This document shows positions 47,391-58,448 of a stretch of 64,000 nt of DNA, one piece after another. The stretch is from Azolla caroliniana. Lineage: Eukaryota > Plantae > Polypodiophyta. The translations under genes were made by a program, and so were the position numbers. The notes beneath the pieces were generated by a model that worked only from the letters and a program-made list of their open reading frames with translations, did not search any database and was not told the origin of the DNA. Positions within the stretch are counted from its first letter, which is position 1; each line of letters begins with the position of its first letter. The stretch lies in the NCBI GenBank assembly GCA_043228905.1, contig JBHGNT010000022.1, forward strand, positions 10,664,001 to 10,728,000, in the 5' to 3' direction.

Positions 47391-50300
47391 TCTGTGCAGC
47401 CCATTAGTGGTTCCATTCCCTCTAAGCAAGTTAGTGATGTGTTCGTAGCCCAAGTAATAGTTAGTACTAAAAGTACCCCTCCAGTACATGTCCTAGCACT
47501 CCTAGATTCCGGAGCTAACTCTTGCTTTATGGATAAGAAATTTGTTCAAGCTCATAAGATATCCCTAAGAAAACTCCAATCTCCAACCTTTGTAGTAGTC
47601 ATTGATGGACGTCCCATTGCTTCCGGAAATATCATAGAAGAGTCAGAGCCCATTAATATTGACCTAGATAACTTAGCATGTGTAGTATCATTTAATATTA
47701 TTAGTATCCCAGAACTTCCTATAGTTTTAGGATTACTGTGGTTCAAGCTACATAACCCAGACATAGATTGGAGAACAAGAGAAATCCGGTGTCGACAAAC
47801 CCAAGGGTCAACTCAGAAGATGGCAACCATTTTGCTACATCAGTTGCGTAAAGAAGGGCGCAAGTAGGAAATGTTCCTCTTTGCAATATCAGTAAACCCC
47901 TCCAGCACCACTAAAGAAGAATCCACCGTTCAACTTCCCGAGAAGTATCGTCATTACGCCGATGTGTTCGATAAAGTACAAGCCAACACACTTCCTCATC
48001 ATTGACCGTACGATTGCCCCATCGATTTACAACCGGGAAAAGGGCCGCCATGGGGACCGATCTACAATTTGTCACCAACTGAGCTGGAAGTCCTTTGGGC
48101 CTATATAGAGGAGAATTTGGAAAATGGTTTCATTCGGCATTCGAAATCTCCAGCCGGCACGCCCATTTTCTTCGTCAAAAAAACAGATGGATCGCTTCGT
48201 CTCGTTGTAGATTACTATGGCTTGAATAAGGTTACAATCAGGAATAGGTATGCTCTTCCCCTTATCTCAAGTCTTTTAGAACGGATCAATGGTGCCAGGT
48301 TCTTCACGAAGATCGACTTACGGGAAGCATATAACCTCGTACGGATCCGACCAGGAGACGAATGGAAGACCGCGTTTCGCACCAGATATGGGCACTTCGA
48401 GTATACGGTCATGCCGTTCGGCCTCACTAATGCGCCGACAGTCTTCCAACACATGGCTAATGATATATTCCGAGATCTATTGGATGATTGTTTGATCATC
48501 TATTTGGATGATCTACTGGTTTATTCAAAGACCCAAGAAGAACATGATTCTCATGTACTATTAGTACTAAAACGACTTCGAGAACATGGTCTGTATGCAA
48601 AGCTGGAAAAATGTAGTTTCGGGTGCAACCAAGTGGAATTTCTCGGGTACATCATTTCGTCAGAAGGCATCTCCATGGACCCAACTAAGGTCAAAACGGT
48701 GGTAGAATGGCAGACTCCGCGTTCGGTGCGAGATGTGCAATGCTTCTTAGGCTTTGCCAATTTTTACCGGAAGTTCATACAAGAATACTCAAAGATCGTT
48801 CTACCTCTCACACAACTTACCAGGAAGGGACAACCGTTCATCTGGTCTGAAGAAACGGACATGGCTTTCGAGAGTCTTAAAAAGACATTTACATCGGCTT
48901 CAATTCTAGCTCATGTCGATCCGGAAAAACCATTCATTATCGAAGCAGACGCATCGGATTTTGCATTGGGGAGCATTCTATCACAACAGGGGAATGATGA
49001 GAGGCTACATCTTGTGGCTTTTCACTCACGCAAGTTTGACGCCGCCGAAATCAACTACGAAATTCATGATAAGGAGCTATTGGCAATAGTGGATTCTTTT
49101 ATGCAATCGAGGCCTTTTCTGGAGGGATCCTCTCATCCAGTCACCGTATTTAGTGACCACAAGAATATTGCCTACTTTCAGGATGCTCTTGTGTTGAATC
49201 GACGTCAAGCTGGGTGGGCCCACTTCCTCACGTGTTTCGACTTCAAAATTACATATCGTCCGGGGAGGTACCAAGGGAAGGCAGATGCATTATCATGACG
49301 TTCGTATCTAGCACCCCGTCCCGGCGAGCCAACTTTCGATAACCAAAAACAAGTCATCTTGGGACCGGCACGACTACAAGCAACACAGATCTTTGACATG
49401 CCTATGGATTCCCGCGTTATCGATACCATACGTGAAGACTTGAAGACAGATGCGTTCGCCCAAGCTATACTAGCACAAATTGATCCCTCTCGAGCGTCGT
49501 GTTCATAGTCGCAACCACCAGGTACGGACTATAGGCAATTCAAATACCATGATGGATTACTCTTCTTTAAAGAACTTTTGTATGTTCCTAATGGTTCTTT
49601 CCGCCTTCAAGTAGTACAAAACTGTCATGACACATATACAACTGGGCATTTTGGTAGTACTAAAACATTACATTTAGTACAACGAACATTCTGGTGGCCC
49701 TGTATGCGACAATTTGTCGAGGATTTTGTTCGGACTTGTGATACATGTTGCAGAGGGAAAATGCCAAGGCATCATCCATATGGTTTATTAGAACCATTAC
49801 CAATTCCAAGCAAGCCGTGGCAATCCATTGCTCTAGACTTCATCACAGATCTTCCAGTCTCTAAGGGGTTCAATGCAATTCTAACGGTGGTCGATCGATA
49901 TACGAAGATGGCTCATTTCTTGCCATGTACTAAGGAGATCTCCAGTGAAGACACTACCGAAATTGTCATGCGTGAAGTATGTCGGCATCATGAACTTCCC
50001 GATAGTATCATCAGCGACCGTGGACCCCAGTTTGTGTCAAAATTCTGGAAGCACCTTTTAAACATGCTCAAGGTCACTTGTAACCTCTCCTCCGACTACC
50101 ACCCACAAACCGACGACCAAGCTGAACGAACAAATCAAACGTTGGAGCAGTATCTGCGGTGCTTTCTCAACTATCATCAAGATGACTGGGCAGATATTCT
50201 CCACTTCGCCGAATTTGCCTATAACAACTCTATCCACGCATCCACTAAAGTTACGCCATTTTATGCTTATACGGGATGTCACCCCCGGTGGAGTGTACTT

Positions 50301-50933
50301 GAAACCCCAGAGGTGTCCACAAATCCGTGCGCGGAGGATCGTTTGGAGCAGTTACGCAAGACACAAGCGGATTTATCTACTCATCTCCAACAAGCTCAAC
50401 AAACACACAAGGTCTACGCAGATCGTCATCGACTTCCATCTAGTTTTAATATTGGAGATCGGGTGTGGCTGCTACGACGGCACATCAAGACTACTCGTCC
50501 ATGTGAGAAGTTATATTATCGGCGATTAGGTCCTTTCCGTATTATTGGACAGATTAATGATGTTGCTTTTCGTCTCGATCTACCTCCTCAACTTCGGATA
50601 CATCCGGTGTTTCATAGTTCTCTCCTCGAACCCTACCACGAGAGCACCATCCCAGGACGTCTTATCCAACCTCCACCCCCGATCAAGCTTGAAGATGGGC
50701 CGGAGTACGAGGTTGCCGCCATCCTTGATTCCAAGATTGTTCGCAACAAGCTCTACTATCTAGTCGATGGGCTAGGCTATAGCCCCAACGAACGTACTTG
50801 GGAACCGATCGAGAATGTGACCAATGCTCGTGCTCTTCTTGAAGACTTCCATCGTCAATATCCACACAAACCAGGTCCTCAATCCAAGACGACTCGTGAC
50901 ACTCGTCGTTTTAAAGGGGGGATAGTGTCATGA
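47376..50933 (+). pseudogene. Chromovirus pol (PR, RT, RNase H, INT, chromodomain) with several stops
   Basis: Motifs LLDSGA, MPFGLTNAP, YLDD, EADASD, NYEIHDKELLA, H..GH..C..C, IISDRGPQF, EYEVAAILDS..YLV..TWEP. Confidence 0.95.
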
Positions 50934-51645
50934 TATGGCAAGACTCGAACCCATGACTTTAGGTTATATGGGTCGAGCTCTTGACCATTAGATCATCTAT
51001 TGTAATACGTAGGATATTATTTTCATTTACATTTTATTATAGGAAATTAGTGTATATTCCAGATTTCTCTGGAACATTCTAGAAGCTTCAGGATTACTCC
51101 TGAAAACACTATAAAAGAGGGCACTAGGCATTATGTTGAACCAAATTGGTTCAACGCCAGTCTTAAGCCTTTTAGCCACCATTATATATTCTCTTCATAT
51201 AATACATATCTTTCTTATCATCACTCTCTCTCTCTCTCGATCTCTCTCTTTCTCTCTATCTCGCTCACTTCTTCCTTCTCGCAAAGAAGTTCCACACCTC
51301 TCATAGTACTAATCCTTCGTTTAGTACTAATTCCTTCTCTGTGTCAGTACTGTTCATGACACCATTTGTGTCAGGAGTTGTGTTGGGTGACCCTCCCCTA
51401 GGTCGGGATTTTGGTGGTGTCACGTTGTCCTCCCCTATGGACTTTATCAACTCAGTTCTATTTCCTATTTGCATCTTGTGGACTTTGCTTGCTTCGACTC
51501 TGTCTTTGATGGCTTTGTCTTCGAGTTTGACTAGAGGACTCCCTACCGATTTAGAGTCGGCAGGTATGTTGTCAGTTTGGTCGAGTTTGACAGTTTGTCG
51601 AATCTTTGAGTCGGCCCAGTGGGTCGGTCCTTCTACGACGTCTTT

Positions 51646-52846
51646 GTGATGTGTATGTGTGTGCTACTTGACTGGGACCACTAGGGACTTAAAATAGACA
51701 GGATGGATGACCGAAAGCTTGTTAGTGTCGAATGATCATCAAACTCAAATGCTTGTTAGTGCTGAAGGCTCTGTGGAGTCGAAGTTAGGCCGTAGTCGAA
51801 GGTAGGCCATCATCTTTTAATAGTACATGAAGCTTCATCCTTTCATCTCGATCAATAAACCTTACAAAAATCAACACTTTGTCCACCCCCACCGATCTTT
51901 GGTCTCGATCTGAAAGTCATGAGAATTGATGCTCAAACTCTTGGAAAGATGTTAAAGTAGTTATCAAACTCGTAGCGAGTTGTGCCAATTACATCCTCGT
52001 CGTCAAACTCTTTTAGTAATGCCATTTGGAAAATATCCCATGAGTATAAACCTCTTGAAGCTCTATAATTTGTGTATGTAGAACCGTTCATATCACTCGA
52101 CAAAACTACCTTAATTTTGTTAGCGCATGTACATATGCTTGAAGTATCACATTGTTGTGTTTATCCAAATAATCTATGACATTGACAAGTCTATCAAATT
52201 GTCCATATGTGTATACAAGTGTCTCGATTGCACATTGTGCGACATCTCTTTCCTTTATGAACTTCATCATCATTCTCTCCATCGTCGTCCTCCCCTATTG
52301 CTCTTTCACGTCAGGTTCACCAAATAATGTCGCAAAGTTACGCGTATATGTGTGCTACTTCAGTGGGATCACCGAGGACTTGAATCGGAGAGGATGGATG
52401 GCTTTTTTGCTCCTTAATGTCGAATGATCATCAGAGTTGAAAGATTGCCAGACTCGAAAGTTCTTTAGAGTCGAAATAAGGCTAATACAAAGGTAGCCCA
52501 AAGTTAAAGGTAGGTTATAGTCAAAGGTAGCCCAGAGTCAAAGGTAGGTTAGAGTTGGAGGTAGCCTAGATTCAAATGTAGTAGCGATTTGAACAATGAG
52601 TTATGCTTGAGATTAACACATAATTAACCCAAAGAACTTGAGATTATGAATGGCTTTTACAATACTAAATCTAGATGGTCCTTTTTATAGGCCAAAACGT
52701 TGGATTATGAAAGAAAATCCCTTTATAAAATAGGGTTTACAAGATTTTGGAGTTTTTTATTACAACGATGATAATTTTTCAGAAATTAAAAATGAGCTAA
52801 GAACCCTAAATTTCACGAAAAAGATGTAAATAAAACCCTCAAAACA
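51646..52846 (-). mobile_element. Deleted Gypsy remnant with tRNA-Trp PBS, related to 55323-57680
   Basis: TGGTGAACCTGACGTGA on the minus strand at 52306-52322. LTR about 52328-52846. Gag remnant about 51815-52300. Diverged partial second LTR copy at about 51650-51810. Confidence 0.6.
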
Positions 52847-53063
52847 TAGGTATGATGTGGAGAAGAAGAAGAAAAGAATAATAGTGAAGCTTTGAGGGAA
52901 AATCCACAAGTTTCAGTGTAAATTCCCAATGATCAAAGGCCACGTCACCTCTTGTTGATGCTCGTCTTACACGCACACCCTCTTGATTCACTACCGTTGC
53001 TTCTCAATTTGGTAGAGCTTTCGTCTCTCTCTCTTGATTCACTACCGTTGCTACCAAGTATAT

Positions 53064-53227
53064 ATTATTTGTCTTCTCTTATTCACTCTTTACGCTGATT
53101 TTATTCATTACTTAATAGGTAACTATCTCATAATTTAGTATTAATTATTTGTCTTCTTTTATTCACTCTTTAGGCTGATTTTATTCATTACTTAATAGGT
53201 AACTATCTCATCATTTAGTATTAATTA
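53064..53227. repeat. About 79-bp AT-rich tandem duplication
   Basis: TTTGTCTT..ATTCACTCTTTA.GCTGATTTTATTCATTACTTAATAGGTAACTATCTCAT.ATTTAGTATTAATTAT occurs twice. Confidence 0.8.
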
Positions 53228-53779
53228 TATATTTGTTGGACCGCTTATGAACAATTGCTATAATCCTAAAAGGCACATTTACTTTTCCTAGTGTAAGAAT
53301 TGCTTTACACATTGTGACCTTTCATAATTGTGGATTAGTAACTAGGCAACATGAAGCAAGATTTTTGGCCATCCATTCCACTATTTGTGCGTGGGGGTTA
53401 CCCTCAACAAAAAATCCTTTTGGGTGAAGGAAATCCTAATTTTTGTTGCCTATGTAGATAAGAGGAAAGAGAAATCCTCTCTCTTTTACACGAGTTTCTT
53501 GCACATACACATTTCAACCCCCTATCACCAGATTTTCCCACACTCGGCACGCCACATCAGGACAACAACCTGATGTCATCCTCTCAAGCGGAAGGAATTC
53601 AAGGAAATCCTCCTGGGCCAATCCCCATTTAGTCGTATTTGATACAAATACAAAATTTCCTTAATTCAACCACACATGAGATGTCCAAACTTCGGCAATC
53701 TCATAGTGCTCTTGAGACACATGTGATTAGTTTACAACGTGATAATAATAGAACCAATGAGCGTTAGGGTGAACCATCA

Positions 53780-55322
53780 TTTGTCATAAAGCCATTTACG
53801 TGAGAAAAAAAGAAAAAATGGAAGAAGCAATGGTTGAGCCGATGGGAGTCTCGTTTTGAGCTCTAGCCCAAGTAGTACGAAGATTGCATATGTCGGCTGA
53901 GAACTAGGTGGTAAAGTCGCCCCCTGGTGGTGTGGGCTCCGCACTTTGGGGAATTTGCCCAATACCTGGATAGAATTTGTCACAGTTTTCAAGGGCCAAT
54001 TTCTACAACCTCCATCTCGAACCAAGGCAACACAAGCTTTAATGAACATCTCTGGTAGGAATTTTTCGTCGCTAGAAGACTATGTTCACCATGCTAGAAC
54101 CCAAATCCAAAAATCAGGTCTAGAAGGGGACAATTTGTTGATAGCTTGTTCTGTCAATGGCATCCCCAATTTGGACTATCATTGGATAGTCCATGATAAG
54201 GATCCAAAATCCTTCGAAGAGGTCGTTGAAATAGTTTTTCGCTATCAACGCACTTCAAAGGACCATAACAAACCTAACGAAGCGCCCTGAACTAAGCAGT
54301 CGCAATTCCCTGGGAAACGCAAGACACCCAACGAATTCATGGATCGCGATTGTAAGCGACAAAATCCTTTTTGCGTATTTTGCAAAAGGAAGGGTCATAC
54401 AAAAGAGCAATGTTGAAAGCTCCAATGCAAAGAGCACGATAGCAAAACAGAAGCTGCAGACCATAAAGGTTAGATTCTTGATGTCCTTGGGGTCTATACA
54501 CATCATTTAAGTAGTTCTAAATGTTATTTCCCTCAATATGTATTGGGACCCAATGATTTACTACGTGAAAATGGGTATATCAATGGATCTCCTGTACAAT
54601 TTTTATTTGATGGGGGAAGCTCACACAACTTTGTGAATGATCATTTGGTTCGGATATGGGGAATCCAACCCACCGTAAGTGATCACACCTATAAGGTGCA
54701 ATTGGCTGATGGAAGAGTACAATACATCAACGGGGCGATTCATTCATTGATGCTTATATAGAGGAAGTAGAATTCCATGTAATGAATCTTTGTACCACTG
54801 ATGTAATACAGGGTTATCCGTGGTTTTTTAATAAAAACTCTTCTTTATCTATTGATTGAGTTCACCATTTTATTTCTTTTGTACTGAACGATTGTACTCA
54901 TTTTATTGAATGTGTACTCATCAAAATCTGAGTTGTCTTGTTCTTCTTTATTTTATTGTGTACTTGATCCGAACATTCACATTTATAATGCCAATAATGT
55001 CTTGGGTCAATTATCATATTTTGAACAACAACAACTCGATGAAATCTTAAATGATTTTCGTTATGTTTTTCCGAGTGAACTAGCACATGGGTTACCTCCT
55101 AAACATAATATAGACCATCGTATAGATATTGTACCTAGTATTGCACAAATAAATATACCTCCTTATCGGTTAAGTCGATTCGAAGAGGATGAGGTATCTA
55201 AGCAACTCAAGGACTATTTACGAATGGGTTATATACGTTATAGTAAATCCCCATGAGGTGCACCTGTTCTCTTGGTAAAAATGAAAGAGGGCACATGGCC
55301 TATGTGTATTAACTACCGACGT
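53780..55322 (+). mobile_element. Degenerate Gypsy gag-PR-RT start, interrupted by an LTR
   Basis: Motifs WW..LPNTWIEF..FKGQF, CVFCKRKGHTKEQC, LFDGGSSHNFV, GLPP..IDHRID..PPYRLS..GYIRYSKSP*GAPVLLVK. Confidence 0.82.
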
Positions 55323-57680
55323 TGTCGTGAAGATTTTTGGCGATAGTGTGAAACTTGTGAGGAACATACGAAATCGAGTGTGGTTCTTCTCACGAAATAC
55401 AAAACAATAATAGTGAAGATACTATTTTAAATAAGTCTAATATCTTGGTACAAAAAGATGGACGCCTTGAAGATCTTTTGAATGCACTTTGCTACGTAAC
55501 AAACAGTCAATTAAGTGTGAAGTTATGTGGGTATGAAGTTGCGAAAAAAGAAAAGAAAAGAAAAGAAAAACAAACCTGTGAGATGTCCCACATAAATAGG
55601 ACAAACAAGGATCCTACAATATATAAAACAAAGCCAAAAACTATCATTTTGTGTCTATGTGTGGAGCATAGAGAGTTTAAGTTGACTTGAACTAAGTTAA
55701 TCAAATGAATCGGTGTGGCCTAGCTACTTGCAAAGGTTTTGGCCAACCAAAACTGAACCGGCGGCAACCGATGACGGAACCATCTAGGGATGCGGACCAA
55801 ACAGGTACAAATAAGATGGATCGGTTGATCGCGGTGCATGGTGTCTTAAAGATATTTGGTGTAATTGCAAGACGAAAGGCCTAATAGTATTTTGTGCTTT
55901 AAAAAGGGATGTATGGAAAACTTGAACATTGCACCTCCAAGTTGAGAGTCTATATGGATATATTCTTGAAGCCAAATCATTTCTTTAGGGATATATTTTT
56001 TATCACTATACTTTTACATGTAATTCCCATACATGAGAGCTTAGATGATGACATGGCAAGCATGCATTGCATGCATTTCATGTATTCCATGTATGTCTTG
56101 CACCCTCACATGCACCATATGCATAGGGGCATCTATAAAAGAGTGGAGGCAAGTAATGTAAAAAAGAAGAAGAGGAATGGTATAATACAAGATCTAAGTT
56201 ACTCTAATGGTGATGTACTTTGTTTCTCAAATCTAAAGTCAAGGATTCAATCTCTATCTTAATCAATCTCTCTCTCTCTCTCTCTCTCCATCTATCTATC
56301 TTCTGAATACTTTCTCACTTACGCTAGAAAAACATCGAGTCCTTCCGGTCCAGGACCCCGGTGGTTCCTCCTCACGATCCACATGTAGTGCCGGATCTTC
56401 ACAACATAATTAAGTGGTGAACCCGATGTGAAAGAGGCGGTAGGAAGGATCAAGTCGAGGATCAACCGATACTTGGCAATGGCGTCCTCAAGCAATCAAG
56501 CGGGAGAGTTCGAAAGGATGATGATAATCGTTGAACAAATGATGACATCTCGAGACAACGATGCGAGCGTGGAGAAGGCCGTCGACCGTGTCATAGAGCT
56601 CGAGGGTCAATTTGATGGAAGGAACGTTACGAAGTTCCTTGACGCATACAAAAGGGAGATTAATCAAAAGGATGTGTCTGAAGCGCGGCAAATCACAAGT
56701 TTTAAGAGAGTGGTCGCCAACAACATCCAAAGACGTGTCATCGAGCTTCAAGAAGGTAAGACAACATGGTCTGAGTTCGAAAAAGTGATATTAACGAAGC
56801 TCGTGACGGAAGACTTGACATGCCCTGATGAAGTGGATAGAGAAGAAGAATAAGAAGATGAGCGCCCCGAGGGTGTACGACGAATTCGACTAGATGTTTA
56901 ATCATCTCCCCAATACGGACCAAGTGCTGCTTGAGGAGGAAAAGACTTGGCGGGATCGATTGTCACGGAGAAAACGAGACAACCGAAAGTAGTTGAGCCG
57001 CCCAAACTAAGTAACCCAGTAGAAAAGAAGATTGACGATGACATCATCGAAGAACTAGCAAAGAAGTTCAATACGGTCACGCTAGCCAACATGAATCGTC
57101 GAGGGCCCAAAGGAAAAGAACCCTTTAGATGTGTGTGGTGTGATAGCATGGACCACATGAGAAGAGATCGTTCGAGCCTTCGAGACGCCATTCGACAAAA
57201 TATCGTATACATGGATGGGAACATGATCTGCTCGAGTGAGACTATGAGACCCCTATGAGTGAATTTCGGAAGAGGGGGAATGAAGAAAGCTATGGAGGAT
57301 GTCGAGACGACTCATGTGGTTGCGATGCACTATGCTGCGTTGGCTGGAATAAGAGTCGAGAAAGACAAAAATGAAGTTGCGAAAGTGGGAGAAAAGTTTT
57401 GGTCTTGCATTCTCGAGTATGAGAAGATGGGGAAGGTCACATCGAACGAGGTAGAGCTTGCGAACCGAAGCGTGCAAAGCATAACCAGGTGGTCGGATCC
57501 GGTGGATGACAACACCATACTCGCGGAAGTGATGTGCGACAACCACGAGGTCTTCGACGAAGCAAAGAGAAAAAGAATAGAAGAGCAAGGCCCATCAAAA
57601 AGATATGAAACAAGGAACGCAAAAAAGAATGAAGATGCAGAAACGAGTCGACCTTTACAAATGGAGGAAGGAGACGCTAT
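55323..57680 (+). mobile_element. Gypsy 5' part: LTR, tRNA-Trp PBS and decayed gag
   Basis: LTR 55323-56406 (TGTCGTGAAGAT...ATCTTCACAACA). PBS TGGTGAACCCGATGTGA at 56415-56431. Gag motifs FDGRNVTKFLDAY and RCVWCDSMDH. Confidence 0.8.
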
Positions 57681-58009
57681 TGTGCCTTTTGACGCCGGAA
57701 TAGTAACCGACGGACAAGAGCACAGGAATATAATATAGTAAAAATTGTAACGCATGTTAACTGTTCACGCGGGAAGCGTGAACGACTAGAAAGATCCTGT
57801 GTATATAAAGGGCAGAAATCCTCTGATAGAGGTAGCGTGTAATTAGAAGAGTGGAAGGCCTGTTTGATTCGAATATATTACTATTTTCTTTGAGTTTTGG
57901 TGTCTGTTCAGTTTTCATTTACTACTATCTGCTCATTCGTAAGTATCGTAGCTAAGCGTAACGATGCATGCAGTGTGCGTGTTATTCTCTGACCGGACAA
58001 GGCCTAACA
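57681..58009 (+). repeat. Possible LTR fragment
   Basis: TG...TAACA ends, TATATAAAG and TGTAA motifs. No TSD or partner found. Confidence 0.35.
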
Positions 58010-58448
58010 CAAGGTGTCACGGAGACACTTCACCAAAGGGTGATTACGGCATAGGATTATGACTCAACGATTACACCGACTTAAGTAGGTTACACGATTA
58101 GCGCTTATGTTAATTACACGCGTAAGATATAACAGTAATTACAGAACGGAAATCAACACAGAAGTATACACACCATATGCTCTATTAATTATCCGCTGCG
58201 ATTACAATGGGGTCCAGGCCTTTAAATAGGTTTCCGGCCCGTAGTACAAAACGGTGCCTATCGCACCTATTCGGGATCCGTCCGGATCTGGAACGGCATA
58301 CCGTTTCCAGTCCGTCCGTCCACACTATGCTTATTTACAACCATACTTAATTAATTCCTTCACTTCGTATTTTGGACTCCTTGCCGGCCGGTAACACATG
58401 GCACGCCCGTGGGACAGTACCTTGTACGTCGAACCCTTCTCGGCCCCT

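Larger units (their letters stand above)
45684..51361 (+). mobile_element. Full-length Ty3/Gypsy chromovirus (Tcn1/Tf1-sushi-like)
   Basis: LTRs 45684-46123 and 50926-51361 (TGTCATGA...TCATGACA). TSD CCATT at 45679-45683 and 51362-51366. PPT AAAGGGGGGATAG at 50913-50925. Confidence 0.97.
44276..51645 (-). mobile_element. Copia RT/RNase H remnant (Copia-5), split by the chromovirus
   Basis: GYTDSDY..ISWRSKLQECTALSTTE, LYVDDML and QMDVKTA at 44280-45683. The linker reading frame continues at 51367-51645 beyond the CCATT TSD. Confidence 0.8.

Noticed and set aside
56415-56431. tRNA gene (also at 16219, 27455 and 52306)
   Set aside because: Only 12-17-nt complements of tRNA 3' ends next to LTRs, i.e. 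primer-binding sites. No cloverleaf.
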